This document shows positions 16,603 to 25,273 of a stretch of 44,112 bases of DNA, in pieces. Below the pieces are notes generated by a model that was given only the letters and a program-made list of their open reading frames with translations, searched no databases and was not told the DNA's origin. The first letter of the stretch is position 1; every line of letters starts with the position of its first letter. Made by a program: the position numbers and the translations under genes. Origin of the DNA: a virus (Duplodnaviria > Caudoviricetes); IMG/VR virus record IMGVR_UViG_3300041097_000002, positions 1 to 44,112 of that record; one strand, given 5' to 3'.

Positions 16603-17096
16603 CACTGGAACGTGACAGTCAGCGCGCCGACGGCGAACGAAGGTGCAGCGTCGCCGTTGTTCACACTTTTCGCGCTCGTCAACGCCTGGCAGATCCACAT
16701 GTTCCCCGCCGTGGCCGAATCGAGCAGCGCGAAGTGCGTGATCGATCCCCAGTTGGCCGTCGGCGCGGGGAAGGTCACTGCCGCGTTGTTGCTCGTCTGC
16801 CCGCCGGTGCCGCTGGATGCTGTCGTGCTGCCAGCGCTCTGCGTGCCGGCCCAGTTGGCGAGGCTCGACGTGACCGCCACGCGCGCATAGCTGCCACCAG
16901 AGACCTCGGTCCCGGCGGCAGAGTCCGAGCACGCCGTCGTGTAGAGCGCGACGTAGAACGTCGCCGGCGCGCTGAGGGCTTGCCCCCGGAAGATCGAATC
17001 AACAACTTTGTTCTCGGCGAAGTCGGTGAGCGACTGCGCCTGCACGGGCAGCGAGAACGCCAGCACGAGGCCGGCGAGGATGCGGAAGGGTTTCAT
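16602..17096 (-). CDS. Virion fibre/adaptor-type protein with Sec signal peptide
   Basis: YVALYT...TEVSGGSYAR...NxAAVTFP.PTANWG.ITHF.L.D..T.GN is a common phage structural family. N-terminus MKPFRILAGLVLAFSLPVQA. Confidence 0.8.
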   Translation of the reverse strand: MKPFRILAGLVLAFSLPVQAQSLTDFAENKVVDSIFRGQALSAPATFYVALYTTACSDSAAGTEVSGGSYARVAVTSSLANWAGTQSAGSTTASSGTGGQTSNNAAVTFPAPTANWGSITHFALLDSATAGNMWICQALTSAKSVNNGDAAPSFAVGALTVTFQ

Positions 17097-17116
17097 CGCT
17101 TGTGTGACTCCTGAAA

Positions 17117-17145
17117 TGAAAACGGCCCGGTGGTTAGCCGGGCCG
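17117..17145 (-). terminator. Intrinsic terminator
   Basis: CGGCCCGG-N7-CCGGGCCG hairpin followed by TTTTCATTT. Confidence 0.65.
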
Positions 17146-17151
17146 GGGGAC

Positions 17152-17589
17152 TCAGGCGGCAGCGCCGGCCGCGATGGTCGCGGCGATCACCGACGCATCC
17201 TGCGCCGTCGGCTTGCTGTCCGGCTGGTACTGGATCGCGATGATCCCGCCCACCGCCGCGTTCGCCGTCGTGCGCGTGAGCGAGGCGAACATGTAGCGCA
17301 GTTGCGGCTCGTACACGTCCACCATCAGCGCCTTGCTGTCGGCGTCGGTATCGCCTGCCGTGAAGGTCGCCGACCCCTGCGCCACCGGAGTCGGGGACGA
17401 CGTGCTGTTCGCACTGTTGCCCTTGGCCGTGAGCGTCAGCACGCATCCGGTCGTCACGTCGCCCGTCAAGGCAACGAACATGACGCCGGACCAGCCCTGC
17501 ATGTCCAGCACGTCCGACGTGATTTCGGTCTGCGCCGCGGCAGCCGCCGCCTTGACGACGGTGATCTTGATGTCTTTCGAGAGGTTCAT
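17152..17589 (-). CDS. Probable capsid decoration protein
   Basis: Directly after the major capsid gene, beta-rich (LDMQGW...LRY). Confidence 0.7.
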   Translation of the reverse strand: MNLSKDIKITVVKAAAAAAQTEITSDVLDMQGWSGVMFVALTGDVTTGCVLTLTAKGNSANSTSSPTPVAQGSATFTAGDTDADSKALMVDVYEPQLRYMFASLTRTTANAAVGGIIAIQYQPDSKPTAQDASVIAATIAAGAAA

Positions 17590-17608
17590 TTCCGTTTCCT
17601 TTTCAGAA

Positions 17609-18922
17609 TCACGCCGCCTCGAAGCTCAGGAACTTCACGGCCTCGAAGTTGACGGCACCCGAACCGGTGCGCTTCGTGCTGTAGAAGCGGATGTACGGCT
17701 TGGCGGTGTAGGGATCGCGCAGCGTGCGCACGCCGATGCGATCGACGATCGTGAACGCCTCGCGGAAGTCACCGAACGCCAGCGACTTCGATGCGGTCGC
17801 CAGTGCCGGCATGTACTGATCGATCCGCACCGGGTAGCCCAACAGACGATCCGGTTGGCCCGCTTGCAGGCTCGGCTCCCACAGGTAGCGGTCGCTCGTC
17901 GCTTCCTTCATCTTGCGGATGAGCGTGCGTACCTCGCGACGCATCAGCCAGATGGCGTTCTGCAGGTACTGATCCTTGAACGCGCCGATCAGGTCTTGAA
18001 GGGGATCGGCCTTGGTCGTGTGGAACGCACCGTTGGCACCCGTCTTGACCATCTCGAACGAGCCCCACGCGCGCGCACCGTCCGCCGTTGCGGCCATCGT
18101 GTAGCTGCACAGGCCGCGCGGCTGTCCAACGCCGGTGCCGTTGATGAACGCATTGCCTTCGACGCGCGCCATCTTGTCGGCGATCTTGTCGGCGAGCCAC
18201 GCTTCCACGTTGGTCGCTGCGTCGTCGATGAGCTTCTGCGTGACCTTCGGCTGGGCGTACATCTCGTGCGCCTCGATCCGGTACTTGCCGACCTGCGGCG
18301 TGTCCGTGTCGTTGCGCGTGCCGATCTCCGATACCCACCCGGCGTCCGCTTCGTCGTTGTCGACGATGCCTTCCAGCGCGTCCGTCGAGATCGTGATGAC
18401 GTTCGCCACCTGGCGCATGACCGACTGCTCGTAGACCCTCTTGACCATCCGGCCAACGGTCGGCGCCGGCAGCAGGTAGCCGCCGTCCGGGTCCGAGCCT
18501 GCCGACATCGCTTTGCGCTCATCCGCGCTCAGACGCTCGAGGTCTCCGTGGCGCACCAGCGAGAAGAATCCCGACTTGTACTGCGCGTACTGCTCGGAAC
18601 CCACCTCGGCGGGAACCGGGCGACCCTTGCTCTGGAAGTCCGCGCGAAGCATCGCGTTCCACGACTTCGCCTCGGCTTCCATCTCGTCGGCCTTGCCTTC
18701 ACCCGCACCCGGACGCTGCGACTTGAGCACGAACGCGTCGAACTGCGACTTCAGGTCTTCGACCTTGTCGAGTTGCTCGCTGATGTTGGTGAGTTTGACC
18801 TCGAGGTCGCCGACCGCCTTGCCTTCGGCCTTCGCCTTGATGGCTTCGTCGTTGGTCCGCTTGAACTCTTCCCACGCGCGGCCCTGATCCTCGATCAGCC
18901 GCTTGACTTCACTGATGTCCAT
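17609..18922 (-). CDS. Major capsid protein, HK97 family
   Basis: N-terminal coiled-coil delta domain. SDPDGGYL, GxGxGQPRG, FGDF, RDPYTAKP motifs. Confidence 0.97.
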   Translation of the reverse strand: MDISEVKRLIEDQGRAWEEFKRTNDEAIKAKAEGKAVGDLEVKLTNISEQLDKVEDLKSQFDAFVLKSQRPGAGEGKADEMEAEAKSWNAMLRADFQSKGRPVPAEVGSEQYAQYKSGFFSLVRHGDLERLSADERKAMSAGSDPDGGYLLPAPTVGRMVKRVYEQSVMRQVANVITISTDALEGIVDNDEADAGWVSEIGTRNDTDTPQVGKYRIEAHEMYAQPKVTQKLIDDAATNVEAWLADKIADKMARVEGNAFINGTGVGQPRGLCSYTMAATADGARAWGSFEMVKTGANGAFHTTKADPLQDLIGAFKDQYLQNAIWLMRREVRTLIRKMKEATSDRYLWEPSLQAGQPDRLLGYPVRIDQYMPALATASKSLAFGDFREAFTIVDRIGVRTLRDPYTAKPYIRFYSTKRTGSGAVNFEAVKFLSFEAA

Positions 18923-18939
18923 TTGATGCTCCGGAAATG

Positions 18940-18962
18940 AAAAAACCCGCTCGAGGCGGGTT
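18940..18962 (-). terminator. Intrinsic terminator
   Basis: AACCCGC-N5-GCGGGTT plus T run. Confidence 0.7.
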
Positions 18963-18981
18963 CGTTTGGGGTTGCTGGCGG

Positions 18982-19692
18982 CTACTTGTTCGGCAGTGCC
19001 ACTTCTCGCCGACGCAATGCGTCGAGCAGCTCGGCCACCGGATCGCCCGGTCCGCCAGAGGCACCCACCGGATCACCCGGCCCGATGCCTTTGATTCGTG
19101 CAATTAACGCCACGGCCTGCGTCTTGGACAGGCCGATGCCGCTCAAGAATTCCTCCGCCTCACGAAGCGAGGACAGATCCTCGATCGACTTCACCGAAGC
19201 GACACGCGCCTTCGTGTTCGCCGGTCGCGTCACCGGAGAGATCTCGATCAGGTCGATTCGCTTCAAGCGCCGCCGCGGATCTTCCGGCTTGCTGCGCGGC
19301 TCGGATTCCTTCGCGATGTAGCCGATCGACAGTCCGTCGATCGCCGGACGCGGACTCATCTTCATCAGCGTGTACATCTCGCGCCCGCGAGGCGTGTCCG
19401 CAAACTGACCCTCGACCCGCAGACCCTTGCCGTCCTCGACGATGTCCGTCCAGACACCAATCGGCGTCATATCGTCGGCCGTCATCCCCCATCCACCGTG
19501 CTGCGAGAGCATCGCCGGCCATGCCTGCTTGCCCTCCTTCACGTCAGAGAGGAACTTCGAGAACGCGCCGGCTTCGATCACGTCGCCATAGGCGTCGACG
19601 TTGCCGAACACCGCTCCATAGCCCGCGAACGACATTTCGTCACCCGCGAACTTCAGGTCAATCAAGTTGCACGTCAGGTTCTGGGTCTGCAT
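18982..19692 (-). CDS. Prohead protease, HK97 family
   Basis: FxGYGAVFGNVD..GDVI..GAF, MLxQH, PIGVW, DGLSIGY, EISPVT motifs. Confidence 0.95.
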   Translation of the reverse strand: MQTQNLTCNLIDLKFAGDEMSFAGYGAVFGNVDAYGDVIEAGAFSKFLSDVKEGKQAWPAMLSQHGGWGMTADDMTPIGVWTDIVEDGKGLRVEGQFADTPRGREMYTLMKMSPRPAIDGLSIGYIAKESEPRSKPEDPRRRLKRIDLIEISPVTRPANTKARVASVKSIEDLSSLREAEEFLSGIGLSKTQAVALIARIKGIGPGDPVGASGGPGDPVAELLDALRRREVALPNK

Positions 19693-20893
19693 TCGGTTCT
19701 TCCTTTGCCAGCGTCGGCAACTTGGACGCGTCTCCCCCCATCGGGTTCAATTCCTCCAGCGCGCGCACTTCATCCTGCGTCATCCACGCAGGTGATCCGC
19801 CAGAGCCGAGCGCCTTGGCGAAGTACTCCGAGCGGTCTTTGTGCGACCCACGAAGCAGGCCGGCCGCCGTGAATTTCACGAAGTAGCCGTCGTCCAGCTC
19901 GTCCTCGGTGAGCAACTGACAGTCCGCCGACTGCTCGATGCGCTCGTACCAGGGCGAGAGCGTGTGCACGACATGCGCGAGAAACATCTGCTCGGCAGAG
20001 GCGTAGGTGCTCGCCTTGTCTGAGTAGCCGATCATGATCGGCATCACCCGGAAGGCCCGGCAGATTTCCTCGATCTGGTAGCGCCGGGTTTCAAGGTGCT
20101 GCGCGTCCACGCCCGTCATCGTGTGCGGCTGGAACTTCGCATTCCGGTCGAGGATCAGCGGCTTGCCGGCGTTCTTCGCGCCCGCGTAGTTCTCAGCGAT
20201 CCAGTCGGTCAACTGCTTGTGCTGCTCGCGGTCGAGCTTGCCGTCGACCGAATACGTACCAGCAACCCGGGCGCCGTTCTTGTGCAGGCCGGCGTGCGAT
20301 TCCTCGGTCATCATCGCGAGCCCGATCGCCTCCCGAGCCTGCTTGACCACGTCCAGCCCAGTGACCCCATCCCACGACGGGCCGCGCCAGTGCCAAATGG
20401 CAGAGGCCGGGAACGTCTGCCTCTTGCCGTTCGGCGCCCTGATCTCGTACGTCAGGCTGTAGTCCTCGGCCTGCTTGCACGTCACGTCGCCGGGCTTGAT
20501 CGGGATCAGCTCGCGCACCGCGTCTTTCATGTCGCGGCCGATGAACGCAATCGCATCGCCGGTCAGGACGACGTGAAATGCCATCGTCTCGCGTAGACCG
20601 AAGGAGGTCATCCAGCCGTTCGGCTTGCGATGCAGAGCGCGGTACATCGGATGATCCGTCGCCGGCAGCGTCGAATTGCCGACCGTGCGATACAGCCGAA
20701 ACGGCACCTGCGCGATGCCCTCGGCAATGACCCGGGCGCAGCCGAGAACCGCCGTCACCTCGAGCGCGCTGTCCGTCGTGACGCTCGCGCCGCTCTTGGA
20801 CGTACGTGTCCCGTAGAGGTGCGCGAACAGGTCGGCAGAGTGACGGATCGAGCCGTCCTCGTTCGCCTTGCGTGACCAGGGCCAGAGTCTCAC
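19658..20893 (-). CDS. Portal protein, HK97 family
   Basis: AVxxCxRVIAE, PNxWMT, DAQxLETR...EICRAFRV motifs. GTG start overlaps the terL stop. Confidence 0.95.
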   Translation of the reverse strand: MRLWPWSRKANEDGSIRHSADLFAHLYGTRTSKSGASVTTDSALEVTAVLGCARVIAEGIAQVPFRLYRTVGNSTLPATDHPMYRALHRKPNGWMTSFGLRETMAFHVVLTGDAIAFIGRDMKDAVRELIPIKPGDVTCKQAEDYSLTYEIRAPNGKRQTFPASAIWHWRGPSWDGVTGLDVVKQAREAIGLAMMTEESHAGLHKNGARVAGTYSVDGKLDREQHKQLTDWIAENYAGAKNAGKPLILDRNAKFQPHTMTGVDAQHLETRRYQIEEICRAFRVMPIMIGYSDKASTYASAEQMFLAHVVHTLSPWYERIEQSADCQLLTEDELDDGYFVKFTAAGLLRGSHKDRSEYFAKALGSGGSPAWMTQDEVRALEELNPMGGDASKLPTLAKEEPNADPEPDVQLD

Positions 20894-22551
20894 GCTGCGA
20901 CTTCCCAAAAGGAGCGAGCGCCAGCCGGGTTCAGCGCCATCAGAGCCGCTGCATTGAACAGTGCCATCAACGGGTCGATCTTCGCCGAGCCGGCAGCCTG
21001 CTTGGTAATCATCACGGCATTGCCCCTCGGTTCGACCTTCGCGTTTCCTACGCACCAATCCATGAGCCGCGCGCCTCCATGCCACAAGGCGCCCTCTGCC
21101 AACTTGCGCTCAACCGTCTTGATCGCGCCGGTTAGCTTCCAGCCCTGCGAAATGCCGACGATCGATTCGCTCGGCACGTCCGCAGCGACGATCGCATCCA
21201 CGATCGAGCCGATGCCGTGCGGGTCGCAGCCGATCTTGTCCATAAGACTCGACCCGTGAACGCGCCCGACGATCTCCGCGATCTGCTCCACGTCCTGCCC
21301 GATGCGCTCTACCAGCGTCAGGTCGCCGTCGCGCTCAAAGTCCGCGAACCGTGCCGCCTCCGACTTGCGGCGTTCCATCACGCTCGGATGCGCCCATGCG
21401 TGCGACCAGAGCAGCCATTCGTGCGTCTGCTTGTCTCGGCCGAGAACAGCCAGCCCGAGCAAGTCATCCAGCCCGCCCCCGTCAATTCCGACCGTGACGA
21501 CCTCGGAACGCTCGAGCAGCGCATCCAGCGAAAGGCCGGCAGTTCCCTGCTGCTCCCAATAGTCCGCGCCGGCCCATCGGTCGGACATCAACGCCAGGCC
21601 GATCTCGACGTTCAAGTGCTTGGCGAGGAACGCTCGAAACGATTCCTCGCCGTCTTCCATCGCCTGCTTGTGCTTCTTCTCGATGAATGGAACGTCTACC
21701 GACACGCCCCAATTCGGATTCGTGATGTAGGCGTTCGATAGTTCCCGGTGCGCCCCCGCCTTGACCATCTCGGGCGGGAACTCGTACAGCACAGGGAGGA
21801 ACGTCTTGTCCTCTACGCGACCGTCCCTGACCTTGCGAGCGTAGTCCAGCTTCTGCTTGAACACACCGGCAGGCGGCGACTCGGATTGTGTCGTCGCATA
21901 GATCACGAACCCCTCGGGGCGCGACGTGAGCCCGCCGGTCGCCTCGAGCAGCATGTTCGCCGCCTTCGCCTGCTTGCCGAACTCGTGCAGCTCGTCGACG
22001 AATACGCCGATCGCTTTCTTGCCGGAAACCGTGTCGCTGTCGGCGGCGACCACCTTCAGCGTTGCCTTCGTGTTCCGGTGCGTCACCGTCCGAAGGTGCT
22101 CCTGCACATGAGCAAGAGCCTTCAACTCGTCATCGGCCGCGATCATGTCGCGGATCGGCTTGAACGAGTTGTCCGCCACCTCTTTCGTCGGCGCCAGGAT
22201 GATGAACTCGCCCGACGAGCGCCAGTTCAGCAGCAGCGCGGTCAACATGATCCCGGCTGCAATCGTGCTTTTTCCGTTCTTCTTGCTGATGAGCAGCAGG
22301 AACTCGTTGATGAGCCGCCGCCCGGTTTCCGGGTTGTACGCACCGAACACCGCGCCGACGAAATCCGTCACCCACGGGCGCACCGTCTCGCGCATCAGCG
22401 GGCTTCCAGTGGCGTCCACCATCCGAAGGTCGCCGAATACGTCGAGCGCCTCCTGGGCCTCGGCAGGGAACAGCGGCGGGCACGGGATCAGCGATTCACC
22501 AGCAACGATCCGACGCTCCCAATCCGGGAGCGCAGTCGACCACTCAGCCAT
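20890..22551 (-). CDS. terL: Terminase large subunit
   Basis: Walker A ISKKNGKS, Walker B VDELH, nuclease GIDGGGLDD and KIDP. Confidence 0.96.
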   Translation of the reverse strand: MAEWSTALPDWERRIVAGESLIPCPPLFPAEAQEALDVFGDLRMVDATGSPLMRETVRPWVTDFVGAVFGAYNPETGRRLINEFLLLISKKNGKSTIAAGIMLTALLLNWRSSGEFIILAPTKEVADNSFKPIRDMIAADDELKALAHVQEHLRTVTHRNTKATLKVVAADSDTVSGKKAIGVFVDELHEFGKQAKAANMLLEATGGLTSRPEGFVIYATTQSESPPAGVFKQKLDYARKVRDGRVEDKTFLPVLYEFPPEMVKAGAHRELSNAYITNPNWGVSVDVPFIEKKHKQAMEDGEESFRAFLAKHLNVEIGLALMSDRWAGADYWEQQGTAGLSLDALLERSEVVTVGIDGGGLDDLLGLAVLGRDKQTHEWLLWSHAWAHPSVMERRKSEAARFADFERDGDLTLVERIGQDVEQIAEIVGRVHGSSLMDKIGCDPHGIGSIVDAIVAADVPSESIVGISQGWKLTGAIKTVERKLAEGALWHGGARLMDWCVGNAKVEPRGNAVMITKQAAGSAKIDPLMALFNAAALMALNPAGARSFWEVAA

Positions 22552-22849
22552 TGCTCACGACGAGCTTCGGCGGCGCTTTCGGTGCGAACCGGCCGGCAGA
22601 GGCTTGCTTCGCCTTTTCTGCGGCGTCGTCCTTCTTGCCTGCCTCGCCGACCTTCTGATGCACGAACGGCATCAGAGCCTTCGCCGCATCGGCCCGAAGC
22701 TTCATGTCCGAGCCGGCGTCGTTCATCAGCGCCGTGAGGAACGCTTTCGGGTCTTTCGTGAGCGCGATAGCGTCGTTCAGCGTTGGCGGCGACGGCTTCC
22801 GGCCAGCGCCGGGCCTCGCGCCCCCGCTGCGTCCGGGTTTGCCTGCCAT
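22544..22849 (-). CDS. terS: Terminase small subunit
   Basis: MAGKPGRSGGARPGAGRKP N-terminus, immediately upstream of terL. Confidence 0.85.
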   Translation of the reverse strand: MAGKPGRSGGARPGAGRKPSPPTLNDAIALTKDPKAFLTALMNDAGSDMKLRADAAKALMPFVHQKVGEAGKKDDAAEKAKQASAGRFAPKAPPKLVVSNG

Positions 22850-22869
22850 TTGAATCTCGTTTGATAGAC

Positions 22870-22940
22870 CAAAAAATCTGCGCGTGAGGGGACGGGCGGT
22901 TTCCGTCGACCAGCCTTTCAGACTTTCGACCGCCCCCCCG
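22870..22940 (-). other. Putative cos region (candidate cohesive end CGCCCGTCCC at 22889-22898)
   Basis: Between HNH and terS: G-run...GAAACCGCCCGTCCCCTCACGCGCAGATTTTTT, the arrangement typical of HK97/phiE125-like 3'-cos phages. Confidence 0.6.
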
Positions 22941-23247
22941 CCTCCGCTGCCGTCTTGACCTTGTGGCACTCGACGCACAGCGACTGATAGTTCGTCTCGT
23001 CGTCAGCGCCGCCATCCCACAGCGGAACGACGTGATCGACTTCCTGTGCTGCTGCCACCCTGCCGGCACGTTCACAATGGACGCACAGAGGGTGATCGCA
23101 GAGCCATTGCCCTCGGCGGCGCATCCACGGCCGCCCGCGCTGCCTCGGCGTTGCGCCGATGCGCTCTGTTTGCTCCGCTACGCGCCGGGTGTTCAGTGTT
23201 CCAAGCCTAGGCGCGAGCGTTACAAGCCTTCTACTTCGCCCCTGCAA
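22918..23247 (-). CDS. Packaging-associated HNH endonuclease (HK97 gp74-like)
   Basis: PLCxxC...VDHxxPLxxGG...NxQSLCxxCHxxKT. Start uncertain. Confidence 0.9.
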   Translation of the reverse strand: MQGRSRRLVTLAPRLGTLNTRRVAEQTERIGATPRQRGRPWMRRRGQWLCDHPLCVHCERAGRVAAAQEVDHVVPLWDGGADDETNYQSLCVECHKVKTAAEAGGRSKV

Positions 23248-23590
23248 GCCGATTCCCGCAATACTTCATCGCGAACTCTTCCGGCGAGCTGCCGCCCATC
23301 TTGAGCAACCTCATGTGCAAGCCGATCAAGTAGTTCTCGGCCTCGTCAGTGGATACGGCAATCGGCGCGTACCCGACGTATGCCCCGAACGAGTTCTTGG
23401 CATTCATCTCGCCACACAAGACCAGCGACCCGTTCTCCGAACGGCTCACGAACAGGTCGCGGAACTTGGCAGAGTCCGGGTCTTTCAGTTCCGCCGCTGC
23501 TATCGCCTTAGCCTCGCGCACGAACTTGTCGTACTGAGCGACGGCAGGAGTTGCGATCAGCACACCCGCCAGCAATACCGCTGCCCTCAT
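23231..23590 (-). CDS. Secreted/periplasmic protein (LKDPxSA...CGExNAKNSFG family)
   Basis: Signal peptide MRAAVLLAGVLIATPAVA, RBS GGGAGG, two Cys. Confidence 0.8.
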   Translation of the reverse strand: MRAAVLLAGVLIATPAVAQYDKFVREAKAIAAAELKDPDSAKFRDLFVSRSENGSLVLCGEMNAKNSFGAYVGYAPIAVSTDEAENYLIGLHMRLLKMGGSSPEEFAMKYCGNRLAGAK

Positions 23591-23640
23591 CTTCGCCTCC
23601 CTTGTGTTATGGCAGGCAAATACTAGGACAGTCGGCGGCA

Positions 23641-23671
23641 AGAAAAAAGAAGCCCGCAACTGAGGCGGGCT
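23641..23671 (-). terminator. tR'-like intrinsic terminator
   Basis: AGCCCGC-N7-GCGGGCT then TCTTTTTTCT, ahead of the late operon. Confidence 0.8.
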
Positions 23672-23762
23672 GAACGCACCTTGCGGTACGAGGGGAGGAG
23701 ACATGAAAACTGCGGAGGCAATGCCCCGGACGAATTGTGGCGGTTTTCGTAGCGAGTGTCGC

Positions 23763-23987
23763 CTACTCGATGTGGCACTCTTGCTTCCATGCGTAGAGGG
23801 CGAAACTGCCTGCGCCTCTCGGTGGTGTGCGACTCACTATGCTGTGCTCGATCAGCGCATCCAGCACGCGCCCGACGCCGATGCGAATGGCCTTCTTGCG
23901 CTTCCGGTCGGCCCCGCAATTCCGCGTGATCTCGACGTAGCGCAGGATCTCGCGCATACGCCACTTCCGCCCCGGATACGGGCGCAT
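23763..23987 (-). CDS. Small basic winged-helix-like protein
   Basis: YPGRxWRMREILRYV...VxRVLxAL. The true start may lie up to 11 codons upstream. Confidence 0.65.
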   Translation of the reverse strand: MRPYPGRKWRMREILRYVEITRNCGADRKRKKAIRIGVGRVLDALIEHSIVSRTPPRGAGSFALYAWKQECHIE

Positions 23988-24020
23988 CAGGCTCGAAACC
24001 TCGTCGTAGTACAGGATCGC

Positions 24021-24407
24021 TCAGCCCTCCACGAAGAACATCCGCTCGCCGCGGAAAGCCTCGCCCACCTTCCGCGCCGCATTCAGCAGCGTCGTCTCGA
24101 ACACGTCGCGCGATACCTTCATCCGGCGCAGCGCGATCGGTTCCTCGGTCCTGCGCACGTACCTATGGATCAGCGACCATCGTTCGGTCTGCGTCAGGCG
24201 ATCCATGAACACGCGATGCACGATCTCGGCTCGCTGGCGGTTCGGCGCAATCGGGCGCGGCTCGACTTCCTTGTACAAGTCCGACGGGTCGATCCATCGG
24301 TGCTCGATAGAAGCGCAGTGATCGGGCGGGATGGGATGCGGCAGCGGACCCGATCTGCACCACCGGGCCCAGTTGAGCAGCTCGTGCTCGAGCCAGTCGG
24401 CGATCAC
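24021..24407 (-). CDS. Q-like late antiterminator/regulator
   Basis: LxNWARW motif, C-terminal sigma4-like helical region, last large early gene before the late region. Confidence 0.65.
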   Translation of the reverse strand: MIADWLEHELLNWARWCRSGPLPHPIPPDHCASIEHRWIDPSDLYKEVEPRPIAPNRQRAEIVHRVFMDRLTQTERWSLIHRYVRRTEEPIALRRMKVSRDVFETTLLNAARKVGEAFRGERMFFVEG

Positions 24408-24571
24408 TCAGCGCCCTTCTCTTCCGGCATGTACTCGCACTTCACCGTGACGGCTTCATCCATTGCGAAGCGAACCTCAAACCACTGGACGGCCCTCGGT
24501 ATCTGCAACTCGACCCGGAGGAAGTCGACAATTCGCTGACCTGCTTCGCTGCTTGGTACGATCAGGTTCAT
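24404..24571 (-). CDS. Hypothetical protein (55 aa), not in ORF track
   Basis: MNLIVPSSEAGQRIVDFLRVELQIPRAVQWFEVRFAMDEAVTVKCEYMPEEKGAE, with start/stop overlaps at both ends. Confidence 0.7.
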   Translation of the reverse strand: MNLIVPSSEAGQRIVDFLRVELQIPRAVQWFEVRFAMDEAVTVKCEYMPEEKGAE

Positions 24572-24771
24572 CAATTCATCGCCCCATAGAAGTTCCGCAC
24601 CCGCTCCATGAGCGCCTCTTCGGCTGCCTCGGCTGTCTGCCAGTCGGCACGCTCGGAAACGCCATCAGGGCGCTTCCAGACGTACCCAACGCCGCCTTCC
24701 GTCTCGAAGAACAGCGCCTCGCCGGCAGGCTTGCCCTCGAAGGTCACGGCGTGGCCGCAGAAGGCGATCAT
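24571..24771 (-). CDS. Hypothetical protein
   Basis: Coupled ORF in a nin-like region. Confidence 0.65.
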   Translation of the reverse strand: MIAFCGHAVTFEGKPAGEALFFETEGGVGYVWKRPDGVSERADWQTAEAAEEALMERVRNFYGAMN

Positions 24772-24980
24772 TCCCGCACCTTCTGCGCGTAGCGTTCCAG
24801 CGCGCTGAGCGCGTCCCCGGCAGGCACTTGCCCCTTACCCGAGCCCTGATCGGCGCTTGTGGGCAGTTCTGGCGCGCCCCAGGGGCTCATGGCCTCCCAC
24901 GCCCACAGCACGAGCGCAACGGATGCGATGCATGCGCCGAACAGAGCGCCGACGAGGAAGGACACGGGATCGGGGGTCAT
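24768..24980 (-). CDS. Small single-TM protein
   Basis: FLVGALFGACIASVALVLWAW, ATGA overlaps. Confidence 0.65.
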   Translation of the reverse strand: MTPDPVSFLVGALFGACIASVALVLWAWEAMSPWGAPELPTSADQGSGKGQVPAGDALSALERYAQKVRE

Positions 24981-25273
24981 GCGGATTCCATCGTTTTGAG
25001 CACACGAAGCGCGGATTCCACGTCGCACACGACGGCGAGCGTTCCGCCGCGCCAGTTGCCGTGCCACGTCAGCTGATCGTCGGTCAGCCGGCGCTCGCTC
25101 GGCGGCCTGGCGCCGTCCTTGACTTCGACGAGCGCCGTCTTGCCCCGATAGCCCACGAGCAGATCGGGAACCCCTGCGCCGACTGTGTGCAGCGGCTGCA
25201 CCGTCGCCCCGCAGGCGCGCAGGGCGTCGACAATGGCCGGCTGATTCGAGTCAACCTTCGCTGCGCGGCGCAT
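24977..25273 (-). CDS. VRR-NUC-like PD-(D/E)xK nuclease (resolvase candidate)
   Basis: GVPDLLVG...LVEVK...LTxDQ motif. Confidence 0.85.
   Translation of the reverse strand: MRRAAKVDSNQPAIVDALRACGATVQPLHTVGAGVPDLLVGYRGKTALVEVKDGARPPSERRLTDDQLTWHGNWRGGTLAVVCDVESALRVLKTMESA

Noticed and set aside
17333-18940. 535-aa plus-strand ORF
   Set aside because: Antisense to the major capsid gene, a codon-bias artefact.
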